From: a virus
Virus record (IMG/VR): IMGVR_UViG_3300007276_000035
Location: 37,656-101,655 of that record
Direction: 5' to 3' (one strand)
DNA length: 64,000 nucleotides
The notes beneath the pieces were generated by a model. That model made no database searches and had not been told where the DNA came from. It was given only the letters and a program-made list of their open reading frames with translations. The position numbers and the translations under genes were made by a program. This document shows positions 1-9,085 of this stretch, piece by piece (position 1 is the first letter of the stretch; every line of letters begins with the position of its first letter).

Positions 1-459
1 CTAATCAACTTCGCCCTGGAGTTTGATCCTGACATTATAATTGGTACTAGCATGGGCGGCTACATGGCAGCAGCTCTTCAGAATGCTTTCCAAAACAGCA
101 TAATATTACAGCAATGGCGGGACGACGGAAACATACCAAAACCTGGTATGTTTATTAACCCTTGCTTAGATCCTGGTCAACAGTTGCGTAAATATTTGGG
201 TGCTGGCGTTGACTATGATGACAACGAATATTTCCTTGAGCAGAGCACATTAGACTCTTATCCCATTGGACCAAACCCATTCCCAGTTACTGGTGTCCAG
301 GGAGTTGTGGTATTAGACTTAGCTGATGAAGTTATTGATGCGCAAGAAACATTTGCTACTTTAAGCAGCTATTTCCCTTGTCTTACTTTTAACGGTGGAA
401 GCCATCGGTTCGAACACATGGACGAAATTTTGCCCCTAGTAAAGTCTTTAGAGGTTTAA
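1..459 (+). CDS. YqiA/YcfP-like alpha/beta hydrolase (5' partial)
   Basis: Frame open from base 1: LINFALEFDPDIIIGTSMGGY (GxSxG nucleophile elbow), then INP, DxxDEVID and GGSHRF. Confidence 0.85.
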   Translation, partial: LINFALEFDPDIIIGTSMGGYMAAALQNAFQNSIILQQWRDDGNIPKPGMFINPCLDPGQQLRKYLGAGVDYDDNEYFLEQSTLDSYPIGPNPFPVTGVQGVVVLDLADEVIDAQETFATLSSYFPCLTFNGGSHRFEHMDEILPLVKSLEV

Positions 460-460
460 A

Positions 461-1000
461 ATGACCACTCATGCTATGATCGACATTGAGACTCTGGATA
501 CAGAAGATACGGCTGTAATTTTAAGTATCGGTGTATGTAAGTTTAATCCTTATACCTCAGAGCAACCGCACACTCGCCAACTCTGGCTACCTAGCTTAGA
601 AGAACAGTTTAAGCTAGATCGGACTGCTAGCGAAAGCACATTAGAGTGGTGGAGCAAGCAAGATCCCGAAATCCTAGAACGGGCCTTAAGTGAAGTTGGC
701 CGCCAGTCCTGTGTTACAGTAGCGAAAGAAATAAACAAGTATTTTGTTGGCGTTGACGAAATTTGGGCACAAGGCGTTCTCTTTGACATTAATATTATTG
801 CTAATTTGTTTAAGATGCTTGATATCCATACTAATTGGGCATACTGGCAGATATCTGATAGTAGAACAATCTTTAAGATGATGCCTCAAGATCCACGCAA
901 AGGTCTTCAAGAAGATCTGCATGATGCGTCTGCAGATGCATATTATCAAGCAGTTTGTGTGCAGAAAACCTTTGCACAGTTCGGAGTAACACCCCGGTAA
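461..1000 (+). CDS. DEDD 3'-5' exonuclease (DexA/Rv2179c-like)
   Basis: MIDIETL, TLEWW, WAQG..FD, DSRT, HDA..DA motifs. Confidence 0.85.
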   Translation: MTTHAMIDIETLDTEDTAVILSIGVCKFNPYTSEQPHTRQLWLPSLEEQFKLDRTASESTLEWWSKQDPEILERALSEVGRQSCVTVAKEINKYFVGVDEIWAQGVLFDINIIANLFKMLDIHTNWAYWQISDSRTIFKMMPQDPRKGLQEDLHDASADAYYQAVCVQKTFAQFGVTPR

Positions 1001-1001
1001 T

Positions 1002-1009
1002 GATAAATA
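1002..1009 (+). promoter_or_regulatory. T4-type late promoter (GATAAATA)
   Basis: Intergenic TAAATA core upstream of GGAGG RBS and ORF 1034; same motif recurs before many genes. Confidence 0.6.
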
Positions 1010-1033
1010 GTGTTATCCAGGGGAGGATAACAC

Positions 1034-1429
1034 ATGAAAAAGATATTTTTTCTAGCGGTACTAATAATAACAACCGCTTGCAGTAACGAATCCCACACAG
1101 GTCCAATGACTGGAACCCCAGTTAACGGCCAGCCACAAGCGTACATCGACTTATGCAACAGAACTCCCGAAAGTGTTCTTTGCCCTCAAGATGTACCAGT
1201 AACACACGCTAACCTAAATGCGCATTGGTGTAATATATGCGCAGAAGATAATAATCAATATACCTGGTGTGAATCCCTAAAGTGTGAAGACACTTCAGCG
1301 GTGCGTAGCATTGAGGACACACAAACAAAAAGTAACGTTATGACTGGTCGAAAGGTTCGACTACGCGCAGATGCTTATATCAAGCTATGTCGTGATGACC
1401 CAGAGTCGTTGTTGTGCAAAAAGCAATAA
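1034..1429 (+). CDS. Cys-rich lipoprotein with two BTLCP N-terminal-like repeats
   Basis: Signal peptide with lipobox ITTAC; repeats MTG..AYIDLCNRTPESVLC and MTG..AYIKLCRDDPESLLC. Confidence 0.7.
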   Translation: MKKIFFLAVLIITTACSNESHTGPMTGTPVNGQPQAYIDLCNRTPESVLCPQDVPVTHANLNAHWCNICAEDNNQYTWCESLKCEDTSAVRSIEDTQTKSNVMTGRKVRLRADAYIKLCRDDPESLLCKKQ

Positions 1430-1908
1430 TCGATATAGTAACGTACTTGTTCAATATAATTAAGAACGTATGGGAGAAAATCATGGATAATGATCGGGGT
1501 AGGCAGCTGCGTCCAGCTGAGCTACAAAAACTACAAAACAAGGCTTTTGCCTTGTTTGAATACAAACACGATGACAAAAACTACGGTGTAATGGAAGACT
1601 GGCGTAGTCATGCAGATTTACTTGCTGAAGGCAAGATTTTTGTTGATGACTGTGACGGGTATGCATTTACCATATGTGAGACACTATTACACATGGACGG
1701 TATAAAACCGGAAGACGTATTGTTTATAATTTGCGAAACAGAAACTGGCGAAGGCCATGCTGTAGCAGGTTATACCTCAGGGGGAACAACATGGATTTTG
1801 GAAAACCGTTATACGGAGATTTATGACTGGAAAAAGCGCTCGGGCTATAAATGGAACTACTATATGCAGTTTAACAATCCTGGGCAGTGGCACCAGATCG
1901 ACAAATAA
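1414..1908 (+). CDS. Transglutaminase-like cysteine proteinase (BTLCP/LapG family); alternative ATG at 1483
   Basis: Y..D...YG..EDW, DDCDGYA (catalytic Cys), GEGHAVA (His), WILEN. Confidence 0.8.
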   Translation: MQKAIIDIVTYLFNIIKNVWEKIMDNDRGRQLRPAELQKLQNKAFALFEYKHDDKNYGVMEDWRSHADLLAEGKIFVDDCDGYAFTICETLLHMDGIKPEDVLFIICETETGEGHAVAGYTSGGTTWILENRYTEIYDWKKRSGYKWNYYMQFNNPGQWHQIDK

Positions 1909-1927
1909 TAAAAATTAGGAGATCTAA

Positions 1928-2713
1928 ATGAATAAGATAAAACTATTTTCGTTAGCTCTAATAGTAATGTTTACAACTGGTTGCGCAAATCAAGCAGCTC
2001 AGGATTATTATATTGCTATGCAGGCAGCAGCAACAGCTAATTCAGTGCAGCAAGAAGCACGATATCGTGCATTAGCGACAGTTGCAGCAACAGGCGACGA
2101 AAATGCAGCAGTAGCAGCAACAATGGCTATAGCAATGACGCAAGACAAAGTGGTTGTACCACAATATGTGGAAAGCCAAAGTTTGAAATGGGCACAAGTG
2201 TTAGCAACTCCGGTAGCAGCAATAGCAGGTATTGCTATTCAAGCTGACGTAGCTAAAAATGCTAGTGACAACGCAACCAAGGTACAGTTAGGTTCACAGA
2301 ATACCACTATGGGCACTATACTTGGATTGAGCCAAGATCAGCAAAATGCATCAGTGTTAACAACGCAAAGTGTAGCTACTCTTGGGATGGCAGGCATAGA
2401 AGCTGTTAATGTAGCAGGGCAGCAATCTGCACTTGCTAATCAGCAGAATCTAGAAGTAGTACAAGCTACCTCACTAGCTGGGCTAAATGCACAAGGAACC
2501 GCTTATCAAAACGGTCTAAATGCAGTTACGGAAGTAAGCCAAGCAGGAATGCAGCAAATTACTACAGTTAGCAACAACGGTATTTCAGCAACTGAAAATA
2601 CAGCAATTGCTGGATTTAACTCTACGGAAAACATAATAAAGGATTATAATCAAGTTATACTTGACAATAATACGTTATTACAGTCGCTGATTCCAGCGCC
2701 AGTTTCACCTTAA
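1928..2713 (+). CDS. Ala/Gln-rich lipoprotein
   Basis: Lipobox FTTGC, AGGAG RBS, low-complexity helical sequence. Confidence 0.7.
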   Translation: MNKIKLFSLALIVMFTTGCANQAAQDYYIAMQAAATANSVQQEARYRALATVAATGDENAAVAATMAIAMTQDKVVVPQYVESQSLKWAQVLATPVAAIAGIAIQADVAKNASDNATKVQLGSQNTTMGTILGLSQDQQNASVLTTQSVATLGMAGIEAVNVAGQQSALANQQNLEVVQATSLAGLNAQGTAYQNGLNAVTEVSQAGMQQITTVSNNGISATENTAIAGFNSTENIIKDYNQVILDNNTLLQSLIPAPVSP

Positions 2714-2732
2714 TAAATACCTTTTAAACTGG

Positions 2733-2761
2733 TTGACAGTGTACTTGAAATATAGTATACT
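2733..2761 (+). promoter_or_regulatory. sigma70-type promoter
   Basis: TTGACA-N17-TATACT. Confidence 0.7.
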
Positions 2762-2792
2762 GTTAATCAGTGTTTAAATTTCGAGATAACTT

Positions 2793-2966
2793 ATGGAAAT
2801 TCTAATAGCATACGTTGTAGGTTCTTTAATAGGAGCTATAATATCATACCGGGCAGGTGTACGAGGTGGCGCTGATGCCACTCTTATATTGTTGGCGGAA
2901 AATAATTACATCCGGACTAAACTTGTCGACGGAGAAACACAAATTGTCCCACTAGATCAAGAATGA
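2793..2966 (+). CDS. Small membrane protein (57 aa, not in ORF track)
   Basis: MEILIAYVVGSLIGAIISYRAG...; stop overlaps next ATG (ATGA). Confidence 0.65.
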   Translation: MEILIAYVVGSLIGAIISYRAGVRGGADATLILLAENNYIRTKLVDGETQIVPLDQE

Positions 2967-3256
2967 CAAAGTTTGCAAAGGTCAAGTGCAAGTATATTCA
3001 CGTTAATCAGAATTATATTAAGCAAAACCTAAAGCATGGTACAGACCAGCCCGTTGTTACTGTGAAGTATGGTTCCAAGAATATATACGGACACGAAGTA
3101 AAAGTACACGGAGAGAGTGAAATAGTGTATTGTGGTCCTGGCAGGGTAGACCCTCTAATCCCATGTGGAGCTAGGGTAGTGATTAAAACATTCTCAGCCG
3201 TTACTGTACACAAATATGAAGAAGGAAAAATCACAGAAACAATAGAGATAGAATGA
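2963..3256 (+). CDS. Hypothetical phage protein
   Basis: IHVNQ..IK.N.K.G...P.VTVK...CGARV motif typical of phage ORFs. Confidence 0.7.
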   Translation: MTKFAKVKCKYIHVNQNYIKQNLKHGTDQPVVTVKYGSKNIYGHEVKVHGESEIVYCGPGRVDPLIPCGARVVIKTFSAVTVHKYEEGKITETIEIE

Positions 3257-3275
3257 GCTCGGGAGGGCGGAAAAT

Positions 3276-3433
3276 GTAAGTCATTGATTTTATTGGATAT
3301 TTTTTTCCTTATAAATCAATGACTTACAAAATCCACCAAAAATAGCTCAAATTATTTTAAAACTCCAATGAAATCAATAACTTACGTGGTTGACACGTAC
3401 TGTAATGGTGCTATTATATACATGTAGGTTAAA
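3276..3433 (+). repeat. IHF-site array plus early promoter cassette, copy A
   Basis: Inverted GTAAGTCATTGATTT / AAATCAATGACTTAC pair, third site 3372-3384, then TTGACA(3390)-N16-TATTAT; near-identical to 32213-32368. Confidence 0.85.
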
Positions 3434-3450
3434 TAACGGAGTAGAGTTAG

Positions 3451-3789
3451 ATGGGTTTGATAGTTGATGTTTTGCGTTCAAGCGGTATGGATTGTACTGC
3501 TAACGGTGTTTCAAGTCAAAGCGATTGTCTCCTTGTTGCTAATGTTGATGGTCCTTTTGATCCAGGCGAGTATGCGCACAGGATGCCGATCGTTAACGTA
3601 GTAGAGGGTAACCTCCCCGGAACGGTTAAAGTAGTTCCAGCTAACATTTACAACCAAGCGCCAGAGCGCGTAATGATGGGCGGTAACTACGCTGCATCAA
3701 GTGACGCTCGCTGGAATCGCAAGTTAGAGCAGATAGCTGGTTCACGCCAGTCTGGTGCAGTTCCCATCCACGATCGTGTTGAGGCATAA
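3451..3789 (+). CDS. Hypothetical early protein
   Basis: First ORF after promoter cassette; DCT.NGVS and MMGGNYA..SD.R motifs. Confidence 0.75.
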   Translation: MGLIVDVLRSSGMDCTANGVSSQSDCLLVANVDGPFDPGEYAHRMPIVNVVEGNLPGTVKVVPANIYNQAPERVMMGGNYAASSDARWNRKLEQIAGSRQSGAVPIHDRVEA

Positions 3790-3792
3790 GAC

Positions 3793-4011
3793 ATGGACAA
3801 GAAAGCATACGAGTATTACCCTACGCGGGTTGAGTTTACCAAGTACTTCTTGTCTGGTACACTTGAAGGCATGACAGTTACGGAGCGCATGGGTTTCATA
3901 ACCTGGGATGACGCTTGCAAGTGGGCTGGTGGTGTAACAATGAGTGTCAAGTGCGACTACGTGGTACTTGAGATGCGCGACTTGCAGACTGGTGTTACGG
4001 AGAAGTTTTAA
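3793..4011 (+). CDS. Hypothetical protein
   Basis: GAGG RBS, tightly packed ORF. Confidence 0.65.
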   Translation: MDKKAYEYYPTRVEFTKYFLSGTLEGMTVTERMGFITWDDACKWAGGVTMSVKCDYVVLEMRDLQTGVTEKF

Positions 4012-4220
4012 TGGACTTGAACCCAGTTCAAACTGTTAGTAGTAAACTGGCCCAGGCTGGTATTAGGTTTACAACAGAAGCATTTTTGAGTAACTTTTAT
4101 GGTACACGGTTTATATTCGAATCACGCCGTGATGCTATAAAGGCAGAGAAGAAACTGGGCCGAGACTTCATTGTGCGAAAAAGCGGTATTACAAAAGAAT
4201 GGTACCTGGAGATATTTTAA
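4011..4220 (+). CDS. Hypothetical protein
   Basis: TAATG coupling with both neighbours. Confidence 0.65.
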   Translation: MDLNPVQTVSSKLAQAGIRFTTEAFLSNFYGTRFIFESRRDAIKAEKKLGRDFIVRKSGITKEWYLEIF

Positions 4221-4456
4221 TGCTAGTTGAATTTACTAAACCACTTGGCCCTTGGAAGACTATTTTCTGCAAGCTAGACGGTAAAGACTTAGCTCGAATA
4301 CGTGACGCAGGGACTAACGGATATCAGGTAACTGTTACCCGCATGATGTTCGAAGGACGGTTTGGTGCAACTAACACTAAGTATTTCAAAACACTAAAAA
4401 CAGCAAAGAATTTTGTAGAAGATAATGCTGTAGCAATTACAACAGGAGTTAAGTAA
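4220..4456 (+). CDS. Hypothetical protein
   Basis: GGAG RBS, TAATG coupling. Confidence 0.65.
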   Translation: MLVEFTKPLGPWKTIFCKLDGKDLARIRDAGTNGYQVTVTRMMFEGRFGATNTKYFKTLKTAKNFVEDNAVAITTGVK

Positions 4457-4962
4457 TGTCCGAAGTTATTGACAGAGCTATAGAGTTTGCTACGAGGGCA
4501 CACGGAACCCAGAAGAGAAAGTATACTGGCGAAGCGTATGTTACGCACCCTATTGCAGTCTCGAAAATTGTTGCTACGGTCCCTCACACTACAGCGATGC
4601 TGGTTGCTGCTATCCTTCACGACACAGTGGAAGATACGAATGTAACACTCAGCGAAATTGAAGCAGAGTTTGGGTCGGAAGTAGCAATGCTGGTTAACTG
4701 GTTAACTGATGTTAGTCAACTAGAAGATGGTAACAGAGAGTTAAGAAAGGCTATAGATAGGGCTCATTCAGCAGAGGCACCGCCTGATGCACAAACAATC
4801 AAGGTGGCTGACCTTATACATAATACTATAAGTATTAGTCAACACGATCCAGATTTTTGGAAAGTGTATCGACATGAAAAGCGAATGCTGCTCGATGCTC
4901 TTACACTTGCAGATGAAGCATTGCGGGACCAAGCAATTGCACAATTAGAGAGGGTTTGGTAA
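4456..4962 (+). CDS. HD-domain hydrolase, Mesh1/SpoT-like
   Basis: AH..QKRK..GE.Y..HP, LHDTVEDT, IKVADLIHN. Confidence 0.85.
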   Translation: MSEVIDRAIEFATRAHGTQKRKYTGEAYVTHPIAVSKIVATVPHTTAMLVAAILHDTVEDTNVTLSEIEAEFGSEVAMLVNWLTDVSQLEDGNRELRKAIDRAHSAEAPPDAQTIKVADLIHNTISISQHDPDFWKVYRHEKRMLLDALTLADEALRDQAIAQLERVW

Positions 4963-5174
4963 TGAAGCAGTATGCACGAATAAAAGACTACGGAGATGTC
5001 CTGATTCCTGTTGCACTACTTGAAAAGGTTGTTGCCCAAGGTTACTTAGTTAGGACGGACTATGTAGATAGCAAAGAAATTCTGTCTGAGGTTTACCCGA
5101 TACTAAACGTAGCAATGCACGATGAGAAGGAAGTTAAGGCTGTGTTAGCTCAGCAGATGTTAGAGGGAAAGTAG
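4962..5174 (+). CDS. Hypothetical protein
   Basis: TAATG coupling. Confidence 0.6.
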   Translation: MKQYARIKDYGDVLIPVALLEKVVAQGYLVRTDYVDSKEILSEVYPILNVAMHDEKEVKAVLAQQMLEGK

Positions 5175-5175
5175 A

Positions 5176-5607
5176 ATGACTGATTACGTTGGTATAGAAA
5201 CACTGAAAGGATTAACAATTGCTAGTGTCATAGACAGCGACGATGCCTGTATTGTATTCAAAACGGTATGTGGCAGAACATTCACGATGCAGCATTTTCA
5301 GGATTGCTGTGAAGCTGTTTATGTTGAAGACATCTGCGGAGATTGGGATGACATTATAGGTTCTCCTATAGTTGTAGCTGAAGAAGTGATCTCGACTGAT
5401 GCTAAACCTTATGGCGATCCATTAATCGCCGCAGAACACATTTTACGTAACGGAGACAATGAACCCGTGGATGCCGATGACTCTCATACTTGGACGTTTT
5501 ACAAGTTAGACACAGTTAAAGGTGGTGTTACTATACGTTGGTTCGGCACTTCAAACGGCTACTACTCAGAATCGGTTTCTTTTTATGAAGGTGAGAATCC
5601 TCGGTAA
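5176..5607 (+). CDS. Conserved hypothetical phage protein
   Basis: H.QDCCE.V, TWTFYKL.T.KG...IRWFG.SNGYYSE. Confidence 0.8.
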   Translation: MTDYVGIETLKGLTIASVIDSDDACIVFKTVCGRTFTMQHFQDCCEAVYVEDICGDWDDIIGSPIVVAEEVISTDAKPYGDPLIAAEHILRNGDNEPVDADDSHTWTFYKLDTVKGGVTIRWFGTSNGYYSESVSFYEGENPR

Positions 5608-5909
5608 TGCAAGTATTACAGGAAATAACTAAGTGGGAGGAAAGCACTCCTAACCACAAGTACTGGGTTAACAATGCAGGAAAGTTAGTTGCATTCGAAA
5701 ACAGCTTTGGTTACACTAAATTTAATCGACCTTTGCGTTTTGATAAAGCAAGACGCAAGTTTACGATCCTGGAAACTATCGAGGAAGCACTTCCGAAAAA
5801 CGCTCGTAAAGTGGAAGGCAGCAACGGAAAAATATACACAGTAACTGAAGACAAGTGTTCTTGCCCTGGTTTTCGCTTTCGTGGAACTTGTAAACATATG
5901 AAAGATTAA
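5607..5909 (+). CDS. SWIM zinc-finger protein
   Basis: CSCPGF.FRG.CKH. Confidence 0.8.
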   Translation: MQVLQEITKWEESTPNHKYWVNNAGKLVAFENSFGYTKFNRPLRFDKARRKFTILETIEEALPKNARKVEGSNGKIYTVTEDKCSCPGFRFRGTCKHMKD

Positions 5910-5983
5910 ACAATTACCCACTTGATGTCTTAAGTGTAGCCTAAAGAACACGAGCATAACTCCTAGGTATACTAAATATAGTT

Positions 5984-7081
5984 ATGAATAATATCTATAA
6001 CATATACCCAAATTTAAAAAAGCACGGACACAAAATAGCTTTATACGATGACTTCTTGAACCGACTAAATCCTCAACTCACCGAGGATTTAAACACTTTA
6101 CTAGAGGATCATCAGTATGTGTTTCTGTTACGTGATGAGATCTTGTCTGTAGACTACATACAAATACTACATAACCTAACAAAAGATATACCACCGGGAC
6201 GATTGTTTCTGTTTGCAGCAAGTTTAAATCCTAAAGTGGCAGACTATTACTACGAATATTGTGAGGAGTTGGGTGTTAGAGCAATACCATTAATACTTTC
6301 TTCATTGATTGATATGCCAGTCGGGCAGCATACACAGCCAAAGATAAGTACTGGTGTTAGAAAAAAGAAGTTCTTGTGTTTTAATCGTGTACCTAGGGTA
6401 CATAGAATAATGTTATTAAAAGGACTCCACGAAAGAAATTTGGTTGATCAAGGCTTTGTTTCATTCGGTTTTGATCCACTAACGCCTGACATCGTAATAG
6501 ATAGTTTCCCTCCATCAATTAAAGATTTTCTTAATGAGCACAAAGACAAATGGCCTCTACTGCTCGATTACGACGATATAGTTTCTGTTAGCCACACGTC
6601 AATGATTGATTCCAGCTTATACCCTCTATTCGAGAATTCTTATTTTAGTGTAGTAAGTGAAACATACTTCTTTAACGGAACAGAACAGGATCCTCCGCAC
6701 CACTGGGAAAACAATTGGCAATATGTCTCTGTCCTAGCACCGTTTATATTTAAAGATGATATATCTATAACCGAAAAGACGTTTAGAGCCATATTTCACA
6801 AACATCCATTTATAATAGCCGGTGCTCCACACTCGTTAGCTAAGATAAGAGAATGGGGCTATCAGACTTTTTCGCCGTGGATAGACGAAAGCTACGATGC
6901 TTGTGAGGATCACGAAGCCAGACTAGAAATAATTCTAGAAGAAATAAATAGACTGTGTAGTCTGTCAGATCAAGAATTAAATAAAATGATAAACGAAATG
7001 GCAGATGTGCTAGAACATAACTACAGACTATATATAAACAAACCATACAACAGACAAATTACACAGGAACCGGTATTATGA
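5984..7081 (+). CDS. Glycosyltransferase-like protein, paralog 1
   Basis: KKFLCFNR..R.HR, SYFSVVSET, ITEKTFRAI..KHPFI, GYQTF...IDESYD. Confidence 0.6.
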   Translation: MNNIYNIYPNLKKHGHKIALYDDFLNRLNPQLTEDLNTLLEDHQYVFLLRDEILSVDYIQILHNLTKDIPPGRLFLFAASLNPKVADYYYEYCEELGVRAIPLILSSLIDMPVGQHTQPKISTGVRKKKFLCFNRVPRVHRIMLLKGLHERNLVDQGFVSFGFDPLTPDIVIDSFPPSIKDFLNEHKDKWPLLLDYDDIVSVSHTSMIDSSLYPLFENSYFSVVSETYFFNGTEQDPPHHWENNWQYVSVLAPFIFKDDISITEKTFRAIFHKHPFIIAGAPHSLAKIREWGYQTFSPWIDESYDACEDHEARLEIILEEINRLCSLSDQELNKMINEMADVLEHNYRLYINKPYNRQITQEPVL

Positions 7082-7674
7082 AGCAGTATAATCCCTATGA
7101 CAAATATTCATCATCTGACGGCTTGGTATTAGACACCCTAGTTGTAGATGATGGGAAATGCGAATTAGTAGAACCAAGCCACCCAGCCCTGCATAAACGC
7201 GCATCTTTGGACCCATTCGATGGCACTGATTGGGTAGAACGTGAAAAAGAAATGCTTGACCTTATGCACGGTAAGTTAGGTGTAGGGTTAGCGTCCCCTC
7301 AAATCGGCTCAAGCTATAATATGTTTGTGATGCATCATAGCATCCTAGGTGATATAGGTGTGTACAATCCAACAGTTTTAGAAACAGAAGGTAAAGACCT
7401 GATAGAAGAAGGTTGCTTGTCCTGGCCGTTGCTGTACATACCAATATCTAGACCCGAAAGAATTAAAGTTAGTTATACAAAAAATGATGGCGAGACTATA
7501 GTAGAGACATGGATGGACGGGATGGATGCTCGGTGTTTCTTACACGAAGTAGATCATTTAAACGGTGTTAACTTTATAGACATCGTAAGTGAATTTAAAC
7601 TAAAACGTGCAAAAGAAAAGAGAGACAAGTTTTTTAAAAAGATGTCCAGGTCAGCCAAGAGGGTCAAATCTTAA
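7078..7674 (+). CDS. def: Peptide deformylase
   Basis: GVGLASPQIG, EEGCLS, HEVDHLNG. Confidence 0.95.
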   Translation: MKQYNPYDKYSSSDGLVLDTLVVDDGKCELVEPSHPALHKRASLDPFDGTDWVEREKEMLDLMHGKLGVGLASPQIGSSYNMFVMHHSILGDIGVYNPTVLETEGKDLIEEGCLSWPLLYIPISRPERIKVSYTKNDGETIVETWMDGMDARCFLHEVDHLNGVNFIDIVSEFKLKRAKEKRDKFFKKMSRSAKRVKS

Positions 7675-7677
7675 TAT

Positions 7678-8541
7678 ATGCTGAACCGATTTAATTTTTA
7701 TATTAATGATTTTGACCGTGTAAAAGACTATAGGGCTGAATACCCTGAAGCAGGAAAGATATTTAACTATCCTACTAGTTTTTGGTTAGGAACCCGCAAG
7801 AATAAAAAACGTCGACAGGCAGCGAATGTGCATAAGAGAGTAGTGCGACTGATGAAGCGTGTTGCTCCTGCTGAGCCTGTTCTAGTGATATACAATTTGC
7901 CTGATCGTGACATGGGTAATCACAGTAAAGGTGGCGCTGCTGACGACAAAGAATATCTAGAATTTATTCATGCTGTAGCTAGCGGTATAGGAAGTAGGAA
8001 ACCCATTCTAATATTCGAACCAGACGCAATACCGCATAGTACAATGATGACACAAGCACAACGAAAAAAACGATTATCATTAATGAAGAAAGCAATCAAG
8101 ATATTAACTGAGGAGAGTTCTGCTTTAATTTATATAGATATAGGACACAGCAATTGGTTGAGTGCTGAAGAAGCAGGAACATTATTCAACCAGGTATATG
8201 TAGAGGGGGTTTCTGGGTACAGTATTAATGTTAGTAACTTTCGCACTAATAAAGAAAGTATGCGGTGGGGAGGTCAAGTTGGAGATTATGCGCTAGTAAG
8301 TAACTTTGTGGTAGATACTAGTCGCAATGGTAATGGGCCTTACGGCAATAATTGGTGTAACCCTCCGGGTAGATGTTTAGGAACAGCACCTACCTTAAAT
8401 ACACACAATGAGAACTGCGATGCTTTTTTATGGATTAAGGTGCCTGGCGAAAGTGATGGTACATGTAACAATGGACCACGAGCAGGCCGCTTTTGGCCAG
8501 AGTACGCTAGAGAGTTAGTTCGTAATACGTCTTGGCTTTAA
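7678..8541 (+). CDS. Glycoside hydrolase family 6 (endoglucanase)
   Basis: YNLPDRD, EPDA, YIDIGHSNW, NVSNF, VDTSRNG, WCNPPG, LWIKVPGESDG. Confidence 0.93.
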   Translation: MLNRFNFYINDFDRVKDYRAEYPEAGKIFNYPTSFWLGTRKNKKRRQAANVHKRVVRLMKRVAPAEPVLVIYNLPDRDMGNHSKGGAADDKEYLEFIHAVASGIGSRKPILIFEPDAIPHSTMMTQAQRKKRLSLMKKAIKILTEESSALIYIDIGHSNWLSAEEAGTLFNQVYVEGVSGYSINVSNFRTNKESMRWGGQVGDYALVSNFVVDTSRNGNGPYGNNWCNPPGRCLGTAPTLNTHNENCDAFLWIKVPGESDGTCNNGPRAGRFWPEYARELVRNTSWL

Positions 8542-8894
8542 GATACGCCGCTTGGATCTGAAAAATCCTCAGCGTCTGGTGTAACAACTACGTTGTCTTT
8601 TTGATGGTCAGCATCAGGAACATTAATATCATTCTCTAAGTAATGCTTAACGCTACCAATATAATCATTAGCTTTGATAATCTTTGCTTGCCACCAATGC
8701 GGAAAGTCTGCATTATCTGGCGCACTGTCGAGCATCTTGTATAGCTCAACACAGTACTTGCCCATTTGAAACAGTTGCTTTTTAATAGCTGTGCGCTCAT
8801 CGTCGGTATGACCTATCGATGTTTTTGCTGTTTCTTCTTCGCCGTCCTCGTTAATGATTCCAGCTAGCAATTGCATACGTTCTATTTCATTCAT
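8538..8894 (-). CDS. Putative internal head protein
   Basis: N-terminal ERMQLLAGIINE; FP.WWQAKI..A..YI.SVKHYLE. Confidence 0.6.
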   Translation of the reverse strand: MNEIERMQLLAGIINEDGEEETAKTSIGHTDDERTAIKKQLFQMGKYCVELYKMLDSAPDNADFPHWWQAKIIKANDYIGSVKHYLENDINVPDADHQKDNVVVTPDAEDFSDPSGVS

Positions 8895-9085
8895 TTGTTC
8901 AATCTCTTCTTGAATGCTTCAAATAATGGTAACAAGTCTTGTCTATGTGTACTAACTTCCTTACCGTCGAAGTAACTTGTAGTTACTAGTGTTAATTCTT
9001 TTTTGTTATCTATAATTTCCGTTTCTACTAACAAACGACTTTTAATTCCGTCTATTATTTTTTCTTCTAGGTTTAAATTAAACAC
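8891..9085 (-). CDS. Hypothetical protein
   Basis: Coupled ORF in minus-strand operon. Confidence 0.5.
   Translation of the reverse strand: MFNLNLEEKIIDGIKSRLLVETEIIDNKKELTLVTTSYFDGKEVSTHRQDLLPLFEAFKKRLNK

Noticed and set aside
3276-3433. Repeated AATCAATGACTTAC units as a CRISPR array or transposon ends
   Set aside because: Only 2-3 units per locus, mixed orientation, intervening DNA conserved between loci, and no cas or transposase genes; better explained as protein-binding sites at promoters.
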